DNA of 64,000 nucleotides from an uncultured virus (IMG/VR IMGVR_UViG_3300021399_000142) (taxonomy: Duplodnaviria; Heunggongvirae; Uroviricota; Caudoviricetes): the IMG/VR virus record IMGVR_UViG_3300021399_000142; one strand, 5' to 3'. Numbering within the stretch: position 1 is the stretch's first letter; each line of letters opens with the position of its first letter. The notes under the pieces are model-generated. The model searched no databases. It was not told the origin of the DNA and saw only the letters and a program-made list of their open reading frames with translations. The position numbers and the translations under genes are program-made. Below, piece by piece: positions 9,287 to 19,100 of the stretch.

Positions 9287-10488
9287 TGATATTAAATAAA
9301 AAGCAGCAAGATGGTTTAGATCTAGCAGTAAGGAGGTACTTAGCCGGTGAATCTTATACTACTATCGCCGGCTATGCCTAAGCTGGTTCTGGTAAAAGTA
9401 CTTTAGTCAGATTTATAGTAGAAGCTTTGGGCAATACAGGAATCAATCCAGATGAAGATATTGTTTATGCTTGTTATTGCGGAAAAGCCGTACAAGTTCT
9501 GATTGACAAAGGTAATCAAAATGCAATGACTCTTCATAAATTATTATATGATGCTATCCCAATGCCAAATGGTAAATTCTATTTTAAGCCTAAGATTCCA
9601 GGTTCTTTAGAATATAAAATTATAATAGTAGATGAAGTAAGTATGGTAAGTCAAGATTTTATTGATTTATTATTATCTCATGGTATTTACATTATTTTTA
9701 TGGGAGACCCAGGCCAACTAGGTGCTATAAAAGGTCAAGGAAATAATTTGTTAGCTCATCCGCATGTATTTTTAGATGAAATTCAAAGACAAGCCGCGGA
9801 ATCTGATATTATTAAACTTAGTATGTTAATTAGAGAAGGCAAAACAATTACGGGATTTAAAGGAAAAGATGCTATGGTTTTACCTAAAGGAACTTTAAAT
9901 ACAGGTATGTTATTATGGGCAGACCAAATCATTTGTGCAACTAATGCGACTCGAATAGCTCTTAATACTCAAGTAAGACAATTAAAAGGCTATACTAGAC
10001 CAGTAGAAGAAGGCGAAAAATTAATTTGTCTTAATAATAAATGGGATACGATAAGTGATAGAGGTAATGCTTTAACTAATGGAACAATAGGAACATTAAC
10101 AAATGTATTTGATAGTTGGCAAAGTTATCCTCAATATTTAAAAGTAAAAGACAATAAAGTTCCTCTTATAGTTGGAGCTTTTAATTCTAATAATGGAGAT
10201 GATTTTGGAAACTTATTTCTAGATAAACATTGTATTATTGAAGGAATTCCTTATTTAGATGGAATACAAAAGTATAGAATAGGAAAAATAAAAAAATATA
10301 AAGATACAATACCTTATGAATTTACTTATGCTTATGCAGCGACTTGTTGGAAATTTCAAGGTAGTTCTGCTGGAAAGGTCTTAGGTATTGAAGAAGGTTT
10401 CCCTTACAATAGAGAAGAACATAAAAAATTTTTATATACGATGTGTACTCGCGCAGAATCTAGATTTGTTCTTATTTTAAAAAATTAA
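9286..10488 (+). CDS. RecD/Dda-like SF1B helicase interrupted by an in-frame TAA in Walker A (proposed stop-hop, ~398 aa)
   Basis: ATG 9286 gives MILNKKQ...TTIAGYA*AGSGKSTL, in frame with ORF 9427-10488 (IVDEVSMV, MGDPGQL, IQRQ, KFQGS, YTMCTRA). Confidence 0.85.
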
Positions 10489-10556
10489 AATTTTTATGAT
10501 TTAAAACTTGAAACAACAAGATTTTTATTAACCCCAGATAAATGGAAAGGAATATT

Positions 10557-10763
10557 ATGAATCACGAGTTTGAAATAGAACCAGGTGTTATTTTATCTAA
10601 GTTAGATATAAAAGATGGAGACACTATTGTAGTAACAATAGACACAAATAAATGGGACCTTATACAAGCAACTGAAATGCTATATGCTTATCAGGAAATT
10701 TTTCCAAATAATAAAATAGTCGGTGCTTTAAAAGGAATGGAGATAAATAAAAATGAGCAATAA
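10557..10763 (+). CDS. Hypothetical protein
   Basis: ORF with GAAAGG RBS before ATG 10557. Confidence 0.55.
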   Translation: MNHEFEIEPGVILSKLDIKDGDTIVVTIDTNKWDLIQATEMLYAYQEIFPNNKIVGALKGMEINKNEQ

Positions 10764-10797
10764 ATATATTATTTTAGAATAGAATAAAGTCATTATT

Positions 10798-10826
10798 TTG
10801 TTTTTAATGAAAAATTATGATATAAT
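10798..10826 (+). promoter_or_regulatory. sigmaA-type promoter
   Basis: TTGTTT-17 bp-TATAAT with TG. Confidence 0.65.
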
Positions 10827-10853
10827 AAATTATAAAATGAAAGGAAAGAGTAA

Positions 10854-11051
10854 ATGTTTACATTTGAATTTTTTGTTAGATTATTCTTTAGTGGATTGTT
10901 TAGTGCTTGGCTTTTTTCGGTTTGTTCAGAAAATTTCATTTTTGAAGAAACATTGGCGGAAAAGATAGCATATTGGATTTCGACTATATTGTTCTACATT
11001 GCTTGTGTATGTACTGTAATAAGTGTATTCGGAATGGTTTGGAGATTTTAA
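10854..11051 (+). CDS. Small membrane protein with two hydrophobic segments
   Basis: 65 aa, two hydrophobic stretches, GAAAGGA RBS, first gene after a promoter. Confidence 0.6.
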   Translation: MFTFEFFVRLFFSGLFSAWLFSVCSENFIFEETLAEKIAYWISTILFYIACVCTVISVFGMVWRF

Positions 11052-11065
11052 AAAGGATAGAATAA

Positions 11066-11335
11066 ATGAAAGAGTATATAAATAAAGAAGATATAATTAA
11101 TTTTCTTAAGGGAATAGAAGCTTTACATTATAATGATAAATTAAGAATTAATATTATAAATGGAATAAATGCTATATCATCTACTACAGATGTAATAGAA
11201 CGTGAGAAGATTGATAAGGCTATTGAAGAACTTAAGCACGAAATTGGAGAAATAGCATTTGTATTGGATGATAGTTGGAATGATGGTCTTGAATTAATTT
11301 TAGAGATTCTTAAAAGAAATATAGGAGAAGAATAA
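11066..11335 (+). CDS. Hypothetical protein
   Basis: 89-aa ORF with RBS in a tightly packed cluster. Confidence 0.6.
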   Translation: MKEYINKEDIINFLKGIEALHYNDKLRINIINGINAISSTTDVIEREKIDKAIEELKHEIGEIAFVLDDSWNDGLELILEILKRNIGEE

Positions 11336-11442
11336 TGATTTATACAGGACAGAAAGTATATGACCCATTAACAAAAACATACAGTACGGGTTATTGGATT
11401 AAAGATAATCGAGGATATCGGTATCCTGTATGGACAGAGTGA
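11335..11442 (+). CDS. Hypothetical peptide (35 aa)
   Basis: TAATG coupling with AGGAG RBS; MIYTGQKVYDPLTKTYSTGYW... Confidence 0.5.
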   Translation: MIYTGQKVYDPLTKTYSTGYWIKDNRGYRYPVWTE

Positions 11443-11452
11443 GTGGGAAAAG

Positions 11453-11680
11453 ATGATAAGAAATAAAAGAAGATTAGAAAAAGCCTTAGAAATTACTTGC
11501 GAGCTGATGAATGGCTCTATCCTATATGGAATTGATGCGGATATATTGTGGAGCAAAATAATGGAGATAGACGGCGTTGTAAGTTCGGGGATTATCAAAG
11601 AATTTATACTTACTAATATTGATAGATTCAGTGATGATGATGAAGAAAGAAATAAAGCCATTAAAAGACTAGGATGGTAA
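11453..11680 (+). CDS. Hypothetical protein
   Basis: 75-aa ORF in the accessory cluster. Confidence 0.55.
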   Translation: MIRNKRRLEKALEITCELMNGSILYGIDADILWSKIMEIDGVVSSGIIKEFILTNIDRFSDDDEERNKAIKRLGW

Positions 11681-11694
11681 AGAGGTAAAAACAA

Positions 11695-11922
11695 ATGACT
11701 AAGTATAAGAAATATTTAGATATATGGTTTGCAAAAGGCACAAAGAATATCAGTCTACTTAATTATAAAGAACCATGGAAAGAAGTCGGTAATAAACCAA
11801 TGTGGGAAATAAGAACAAATGGCGGCAAAAGAAAAAATGGAGATACTTGTTTTGATTTTTTTATTCATTTGGGCTATTTAGTGTTTAATTATACTAACTT
11901 TAATTTACAAGGTAGAAAATGA
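11695..11922 (+). CDS. Hypothetical protein
   Basis: 75-aa ORF with GAGGT RBS. Confidence 0.55.
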   Translation: MTKYKKYLDIWFAKGTKNISLLNYKEPWKEVGNKPMWEIRTNGGKRKNGDTCFDFFIHLGYLVFNYTNFNLQGRK

Positions 11923-11929
11923 GGAGAAA

Positions 11930-12121
11930 ATGACAAAGGAAGAATTAAAAAGGGTGATACATAGTAAAACGCTTATTGAACTTAAACCTTGTTGCGCTTA
12001 TTATGAAGAGGAATGCCTTAGTGAACTCAAACCTTGTAGCGTTTATGAAGATGGATGCAACGACTGGGCTGGGTGTCCTTGTGTGTATTACAAGTCAGAA
12101 AGTGAGGGAGAAAATGACTAA
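11930..12121 (+). CDS. Cys-rich hypothetical protein
   Basis: 63 aa, GAGGAG RBS, internal repeat ELKPC x2. Confidence 0.55.
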   Translation: MTKEELKRVIHSKTLIELKPCCAYYEEECLSELKPCSVYEDGCNDWAGCPCVYYKSESEGEND

Positions 12122-12623
12122 GGAAGAACGAGAAAAGGCAATAGACTTATTAGACAATTTACTCGGTATGATAGAAGACAATCAAGGCAATGACTACGAT
12201 TTTGCACTTAAGAAGGGTATTGAAGCACTAAAACAAGAGTCAAAGGAAGGCAGAGATATTCATTTACCTTTATATAATGTTGGCGACTGGATAGAGTCTG
12301 GTACTGACGGAAATGCCTATAAATTATATATGAGTAATGGAATAGAGTTTGAAAAGCAACCTTATGAGGATGCAGTGAGCAGACAGGCGGTGCTTGATCT
12401 AGTTAATTCGGATTGGAAGTATGAAGAATTGGAAGTGCCTATAAATTGTTTGCCATCCGTAACACCTATACGCAAGGAGGGGTATTGGATAGAAGTCGAT
12501 GCCAACATGTATACATGCAGTAATTGTAGCCATTGCTTTACTATTGTACCAGAAGATAATCGGATACAACAGTTTAACTATTGCCCTAACTGTAAAACAA
12601 AGATGCAGGGGGTGAAAGAATGA
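12114..12623 (+). CDS. Phage protein with C-terminal zinc ribbon
   Basis: GAGGGAG RBS before ATG 12114; EDAVSRQAV...GYW..CSNC...YCPNC. Confidence 0.65.
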   Translation: MTKEEREKAIDLLDNLLGMIEDNQGNDYDFALKKGIEALKQESKEGRDIHLPLYNVGDWIESGTDGNAYKLYMSNGIEFEKQPYEDAVSRQAVLDLVNSDWKYEELEVPINCLPSVTPIRKEGYWIEVDANMYTCSNCSHCFTIVPEDNRIQQFNYCPNCKTKMQGVKE

Positions 12624-13012
12624 CAAGAGAAAAAGCAATAAAAGCAATACAAGATTTTCGAAATGATTACGATTCAAATGGTAGCGGGTATCTTGATGAA
12701 GCTTTAGAAATGGCAATTAAAGCACTAGAGCAAGAGCCTTGTGAGGATGCAGTGAGCAGACAAGCTGTTCACGATGGAATGATTAAATACGGATTTCATG
12801 CATCCGATATGACAATCACAGAATTTGTAGAAGATGTTCTACCACCCGTGACACCTATACGCAAAAAAGGAAAGTGGATTAAAACTGGACAGAGTTTCAT
12901 AGACCCAAACAAGTTTCTTTGTTATTCGTGTTCTGAATGTGGCAGTGATTCTGGAAAAGTAAAAACTAAATTCTGTCCTAATTGCGGTGCAGAAATGAAG
13001 AATGAATTATGA
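12620..13012 (+). CDS. Phage protein with C-terminal zinc ribbon (paralogue of the previous gene)
   Basis: EDAVSRQAV...GKW...CSEC...FCPNCGA. Confidence 0.7.
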   Translation: MTREKAIKAIQDFRNDYDSNGSGYLDEALEMAIKALEQEPCEDAVSRQAVHDGMIKYGFHASDMTITEFVEDVLPPVTPIRKKGKWIKTGQSFIDPNKFLCYSCSECGSDSGKVKTKFCPNCGAEMKNEL

Positions 13013-13025
13013 TAAGGAGATAATT

Positions 13026-13295
13026 ATGAAAATTTATATGGATATGGATTATATAGTTGGACGCCTCCGCTATGGTCATCTTGAAGGCGAAATTGATTTC
13101 ACTGAAGAGCAAGAAAAAGATTTTAAAACTCTTTTAAAGAAAGAATTAAATAAAGAAGAAATGACAGAAGAAGAACTTGATAGACTAGATGGATACAAAG
13201 AAGATATTCGTGATTGTAGCGAGATTATTGTGGACGATTGGCGAATTGATGGCTGCGGAGATTATCACTGGGAGGAGCTACTTGAAGAAGATTAA
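13026..13295 (+). CDS. Acidic hypothetical protein
   Basis: AAGGAG RBS before ATG 13026. Confidence 0.6.
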   Translation: MKIYMDMDYIVGRLRYGHLEGEIDFTEEQEKDFKTLLKKELNKEEMTEEELDRLDGYKEDIRDCSEIIVDDWRIDGCGDYHWEELLEED

Positions 13296-13440
13296 AATAA
13301 CTTTTACTTTTGAACCAGTGGAAGATAAACCCGGATATTATTGGTTTAACAAGAGAAACTGTCAAATAATATCAGAAAAAGTTTTAAAGGAGTCGTTTAA
13401 AAATTATGATAATAAAGACTTCATATTTTTACCAGATTAG
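13282..13440 (+). CDS. Hypothetical protein (52 aa, TTG start)
   Basis: GGAGGAG RBS before TTG; fills the gap between neighbours. Confidence 0.45.
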   Translation: MKKIKITFTFEPVEDKPGYYWFNKRNCQIISEKVLKESFKNYDNKDFIFLPD

Positions 13441-13858
13441 AAACTTTACTTCTAATCTCATACCTATATCCACCGCGATTTCAGACCCAATCTGGTACCG
13501 CCCGCCGCAAGATAAGGAATATTATATAGACAAGAGAGGAATAGTATGCGGGCTCCGATATGAGCCACTAATCGTGCAATTGCATGGACAAGGTGGGTGT
13601 CCATGCGAAGAGCGGAACCCCGCGAATTGTGAGTGTATGAAAGAGTATAAGCAATTACTTTACTCTCTTGTTGATAAAGAAAAAACCTTAAAAGCATTTG
13701 AATATTGTGCTAATAAAATTCAAAAAGAATTGGGATTTAAAGAAGAGCCTATTATTTGTCTTATTGTTTACGAAGCGCCGAATAATCCTTGTAGTGAGCG
13801 GAAGGCACTTCAAGAATTTTTTAATTGTAAAGAATTGGAGTATCCAATTAGGAGTTAG
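13406..13858 (+). CDS. DUF488-like protein
   Basis: N-terminal IKTSYF and C-terminal CLIVYEAPNNPCSER resemble the DUF488 pattern. Confidence 0.45.
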   Translation: MIIKTSYFYQIRNFTSNLIPISTAISDPIWYRPPQDKEYYIDKRGIVCGLRYEPLIVQLHGQGGCPCEERNPANCECMKEYKQLLYSLVDKEKTLKAFEYCANKIQKELGFKEEPIICLIVYEAPNNPCSERKALQEFFNCKELEYPIRS

Positions 13859-13869
13859 GAGGAAAAAAT

Positions 13870-14130
13870 ATGAAAATTGAAGATTATGAAAAAGTACGAA
13901 AATTATTAAGATCAAAAGAAGAATTAAATCAACTAGATAGAATATTTAATCGTCCTTGTCCTTCACTATTTTATTCTATTAAAAATTTTTCATTTTTTCA
14001 TAAATACGAGGGAGAAGAAGTTCCCCTTTACTCTTTTGATGAACAAACGCAGGAAGAGCTAAGAGAAAGTATTAAACAAGTAATTCATAAAAGATTAAAA
14101 GAAATTGACGAGGAGATAGAGAATATTTAG
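13870..14130 (+). CDS. Hypothetical protein
   Basis: 86 aa, AGGAGG RBS. Confidence 0.6.
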   Translation: MKIEDYEKVRKLLRSKEELNQLDRIFNRPCPSLFYSIKNFSFFHKYEGEEVPLYSFDEQTQEELRESIKQVIHKRLKEIDEEIENI

Positions 14131-14152
14131 ACGGAAGATAAATATCCTCCAC

Positions 14153-14181
14153 TTGATTTTTAATAAAAAATATGGTATAAT
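14153..14181 (+). promoter_or_regulatory. sigmaA-type promoter (copy 1 of a 39-bp direct repeat)
   Basis: TTGATT-17 bp-TATAAT with TG. Confidence 0.75.
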
Positions 14182-14211
14182 ATTTATATAAAAATGAAAG
14201 GATAAATAATC

Positions 14212-14625
14212 ATGGAAAAAGTAAAAAGAACTGAACGAGGATGGGCAGGACATTATTGCTGCTCTGGAGATTGCACTTTCCGCAGAAATACTTTACTTGA
14301 ATATAAAAATAAAAAATGGGTAATCTCAACAGTAGGTTGTCAAATTTGTAGACATGATGTTCTACCTTATTATAAGGCAGGAGATGTAATGACAATTGAC
14401 TCAAACCGCTGGTATGAAACAATGGCATTTGAAGCTTTTTCTGATGAATATAATGACGCAGATGTTTCAAAAGAAATTGAGTTTAATAGTGAATGGGGTA
14501 TCTGGGGTAAAACATGGGATGAGGTTAGGAAAAAATGTAATCAATATCCTGATCTTGCCGCGAATGAAATGCACGAAAAGGTTGTTAAAGAATTGACGGA
14601 GAAAATAAAACATGAAGAAATATAG
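14212..14625 (+). CDS. Hypothetical protein
   Basis: 137 aa, GAAAGGA RBS after a promoter. Confidence 0.65.
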   Translation: MEKVKRTERGWAGHYCCSGDCTFRRNTLLEYKNKKWVISTVGCQICRHDVLPYYKAGDVMTIDSNRWYETMAFEAFSDEYNDADVSKEIEFNSEWGIWGKTWDEVRKKCNQYPDLAANEMHEKVVKELTEKIKHEEI

Positions 14626-14809
14626 ATTGGTAGAAGAAAATCAATTGATAAGATTGCTTGAAGGGAATATGATTTACGAAGAATTATGTGCTCAAGGAGT
14701 GGATAACTGGACTGGATGTGATTTTATACATTATCCAGATGAGGATGAAATTGAAGCAGAGTTAAATAAATTTAATAATTATGTTAAAGTAATGGAGGTA
14801 GGTGACTAA
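14612..14809 (+). CDS. Hypothetical protein
   Basis: 65 aa with a GVDNW motif seen in small phage proteins. Confidence 0.6.
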   Translation: MKKYRLVEENQLIRLLEGNMIYEELCAQGVDNWTGCDFIHYPDEDEIEAELNKFNNYVKVMEVGD

Positions 14810-15044
14810 TATGAACGCAAAAGAAATAGAATTAATCAATCTTCTTATTAGAGAAAGTGTTGCTCATGGCGGAGATGTTGGTGGTGCTTATTTTTCAAAT
14901 ACTAATAGTCTTTTAAATACGATAGAAAATTATCTTGAGTATAAAGGGATTAAAGATCAATACGAAGTTATTACAACGCTTATAGATCCTTATGGTTGCA
15001 AGTGTGAAATTCCGCCAAAGATAGTAAAAAAGATACAGAATTAA
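14802..15044 (+). CDS. Hypothetical protein
   Basis: 80 aa, GGAGGT RBS. Confidence 0.6.
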   Translation: MTNMNAKEIELINLLIRESVAHGGDVGGAYFSNTNSLLNTIENYLEYKGIKDQYEVITTLIDPYGCKCEIPPKIVKKIQN

Positions 15045-15115
15045 TTCGCAAAGAATCTTTTTGGGGGTTTTAATTAGGTATATTATTTCTATATCTAAAT
15101 CTTTTTTATTATTTT

Positions 15116-15154
15116 ATTTTTAATAAAAAATATGGTATAATATTTATATAAAAA
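15116..15154 (+). repeat. 39-bp exact direct repeat of 14156-14194 containing an extended -10 promoter
   Basis: ATTTTTAATAAAAAATATGGTATAATATTTATATAAAAA at both positions. Confidence 0.85.
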
Positions 15155-15166
15155 AGAAAAATAATT

Positions 15167-15207
15167 TTGGTCAAATAAGTTTAAAGTTCATATTAACAAA
15201 ATTATAT
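15167..15207 (+). promoter_or_regulatory. Putative phage-specific (late) promoter motif upstream of the HNH gene
   Basis: TTGGTCAA-N25-AATTATAT; one of six fixed-spacing intergenic copies. Confidence 0.5.
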
Positions 15208-15253
15208 ATTTATAGAAACTATAAGTTTCAATAAATATTAAGGAGCATAGATT

Positions 15254-16117
15254 ATGTCAAATTATCAAGAATTAAATGAAATTTATCATCAATATTATCA
15301 AAAAGATTTTCCAAAGAGTACTTTATCTAAATGGAGAAAAGAAGGAAGAATAAAATCTGAATTGATTCCAGAAGGACAAAGAAAAGGTGGTGAATTATAT
15401 AATTATGATTTAAAAAGTTTTAAACAAGAAATTTTAAACCCAGATTATGCAAAAAAAATCAAAGCATATAAAGAAAAACCTGAAGATTATATTGGTAAAC
15501 AATGTGGATATTTATTAATAAAAGGAATTGTTCCTAAAGAAGAAAAAAAAGAACCTAATTACTCAGGAACTCTAATGTATTGTGAATGTTTAAAATGTAA
15601 AAGACCAGATTTAATACAAGTAAGATTTTCATATTTAACTCCAAATGGTAACTATACTCAAACTACTTGTGGATGTGGTAGAAAAGAAAGAGCATTTTTA
15701 GCATCATCAAGAGAAGGAGTTACAGAAAATTTTCTTTTAAATTTTAGTGAAGATTTTGAAAAATTTTTATTTACTCATAAAATGTTAGTTTCTACAACTG
15801 ATAAATATTATATTCAATGTAATATTAAAGAATATGAACAAGCAATAACGCATTTTTATAATGATAAAAATTTTAATAAAATATATAATTTTTGGTTAGA
15901 GCATAAAAAAGAAAATAATACTTTTTATGATTGGGCAAAACCAAGTTTAGATCATATAATTCCTAAATCTAAAGGCGGCACTAATAAACTAGAAAATTTA
16001 CAAGTATTAACTGTTTTTGAAAATCTATCAAAAAGAGATTTGACACAGCAAGAATGGAATGATTTTAAAATAAAAACTAATACAACTTCAGATTATTTTA
16101 TAGAAAATATACAATAG
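15254..16117 (+). mobile_element. Free-standing HNH homing endonuclease gene
   Basis: C-terminal PSLDHIIPKSKGGTNKLENLQVLTVFENLSK (HNH), central DYIGKQCGYL...CECLKC...TCGCG domain; more AT-rich than its neighbours. Confidence 0.85.
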
Positions 16118-16138
16118 AAGGGAGGGAGAATATACTAA

Positions 16139-19100
16139 ATGAATAGAATTGAAATTCACTCACATAGTCATTATAGTAATATTCGTTTACTTTGACTCTA
16201 TTAATAGACTTCCTCAACTAGCTGATTATGCGGCTGAGATTGGTCTTGCGGGAATTGCCTTAACTGATCACGAAACGGTAGCAGGGGCAGTTCAATGGAA
16301 AAAACAAGAGAAGAGAATAAGAGAAAAATATCCAAACTTTAAATGTATTATTGGTAATGAAATTTATCTTAAAAAAGAAAGAGATATGGGCGGGAAATAT
16401 CCGCATTTCATTTTATTAGCAAAGGATAAAGAGGGATTTCGTCAACTTAGAATTTTATCTTCTATTGCGTGGATGAATAGCTACTTTGATAGAAGAATGG
16501 AAAGAGTTGTAACTTTAAGAGAAGACATAGAAAAGATAATAGGCGGGAACCCGGGTCATGTGATTGCGTCTACAGCTTGTTTAGCGGGAACCGTGAATTC
16601 AAATGTTCTTATAATGGAGAATGCTCGCAGAATAGGTGATGCAGAAACAGCGGAGAAAGCAAAGAACGAGATTATCGAATTTGTGCTCTGGTGTAAGAAA
16701 ATCTTTGGTGAAGATTTTTATTTGGAAGTAGCACCTGCCGCAAACAGAGAACAGATAATTGTCAATAAAAAGGTCGCAGAATTATCAAAAGTCTTTAATG
16801 TAAAGATGGTAATTGGATCAGATGCTCATTATTTAAAGAAAGAAGATGCTGTAGTACATGAAGCATTTCTTAACTCTAAAGGCGGAGAACGTGAAACAAA
16901 AGATTTTTATGAGTATGCTTATCTTCAAACAGAAGAAGAAATAAAAGAGAATTTAACTCCTTCTATTGTTGATTTGTATGAAGATATGTGTGCAAACTCA
17001 ATGGAAATCTTTGATAAAATAGAAGATTATTATTTAGATTATCCTCAACAAATTCCAAAGGTTGTTGTTCCTTTTGTTGAAAAAGGATATTATACAATTA
17101 ACGGAGTAACAAAAGAAGAATATCCAACTTTATATAGTATGGGTATTTCTGATGACAATATTGAAAGATATTGGTTATCTGAATGTCTTGATGCGTTAGT
17201 TAAAAAACATTTAATAGGTGATAAAAGATATTTAGAAGAACTTGAACTCGAAGCAAAGATTAAGAGAATTGTAGGTGAAAGACTTAATACTAATATGTTT
17301 TATTATCCTATAACTCTTAAACATTATATTGATTTAATTTGGGAGTGCGGGAGTCCGGTTGGTCCGGGAAGAGGTTCAGCTCCAACAGGTCTTAATCACT
17401 GGTTGTTGGGGATTACACAATACGACCCAATCAAGTATGGTCAGCAGTTCAGAAGATATATGAACGAGGGTACGAGAGAATTAGGGGACATAGATATTGA
17501 CATCTCACCAGCTAGACGTAGTTATATCATAGACCAGATTAAGAAGGAACGAGGCGAGCACTTCCGCAAAGACATAGACGATTTAAGTAAAAAGAATTTA
17601 GGAGCAGCTCTTGTTGCGACATTTGGTACAGCGACAACAAAGAAAGCTATCCAGATTGCTTGTAAAGGCTATCGTTCAGAAGAATATCCAGATGGTATTG
17701 ACGTAGATACTTCACAATATATTTCTTCTCTTGTTCCATCAGAAAGAGGATTCGTATGGAGTCTTAAAGACTGTTATTATGGAAATAAAGAAAAAGGTCG
17801 TAAACCAGTTCAGACATTTATAAATACAGTAGATGAATATCCTGGTTTATTTAATGTTATGACAGGCATTGAGAATATGATTGTAAGTCGTAGTTCTCAT
17901 GCATCTGGAGTTATTTTTATGGACGAAGATCCATATCAGTTTGGTGCATTTATGAGAACACCGAGCGGAGACATTATAACTCAGTTTGACCTTCATGATT
18001 GTGAAAGTATAGGTATGACGAAATATGATTTCTTGGTTACATCCGCTATGGATAAACTTACGCAGGCAATTAAATTTTTACAAGAAGATAATCAGATTGA
18101 CCCAAGCTTAAGTTTAAGAGAAGTATATGAAAAATATTTCCACCCAGATGTAATTAATTTTGAGGATAAAGAAGTATGGGATTCAATTAAAAGGAATGAT
18201 GTGCTTGATCTTTTTCAGTTTGATTCGGTCGAGGGTGGTAAAGGTATAAAGTCAATTCAGCCAGAGAACTTAACTGAATTATCAAACGTTAATGGTCTTA
18301 TCCGATTAGTAGCTCCAGAAGGTTCTACAGAGAGACCGATAGAAAAGTATCAAAGATTTAAAGCGAATCCGCAACTTTGGTATGATGAAATGAAGTCTTA
18401 TGGTTTAACAGAAGAGAATGTTAAAACTCTTGAAAAATATTATAAGACAAGTTATGGTATTAGTATTTCACAGGAAAATTTCTTGTTTTCTCTTGGTGAC
18501 GAAGGAGTATGCGGTTGGGACTTCAGTAGATGTAATGATGCAAGACGAGTTATTTCTAAAAAGAAAATGGATAAACTTCCAATTCTCAAACAAGAAATAA
18601 TAAATGACGCGGCAACCCCAGAACTAGGAAGATATTATTGGGATCATGTAGTACTTCCAATTTCGTCATATGCCTTTTCAGACCCACACGCATTGGCTTA
18701 TGGTATGGTGGCATATCAAATGGCTTATATAGCAACAAAGTGGAATCCGCTTTATTGGACAACCGCTTGTTTAGTTGTTAATAGTGAAAGTTTGGAGATT
18801 GAGTCTGATGATTTAGATGATGACGAACAAAAGAAAAAGAATAGAAACTGTGATTATGGTAGAATAGCGAGTGCGATTAGTAGAATTAAACAGAATGGTG
18901 TAGAAATATCTTTGATTAATATTAATACATCTGATTATGGATTTAAGCCTGATGTTGAAAATAATCGTATCCTTTATGGTCTCAAACCTTTAAGTAATAT
19001 TAACGAGGAAACTATTGAACAAATTAAGGCGGGAAGACCTTATATTGGAATTAAGGACTTTATGAATAGATGTCCTCTTGGAAAGAAGGCAATGATAAAT

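Noticed and set aside
9427..10488. ORF-track start of the helicase at TTG 9427
   Set aside because: It has no RBS and omits Walker A. The upstream in-frame ATG 9286 has an RBS and TAATG coupling.
16149..16193. ORF-track N-terminus MKFTHIVIIVIFVYF of dnaE
   Set aside because: It is too far from the RBS and lacks the PHP HxH motif, which is encoded in the other frame from ATG 16139.
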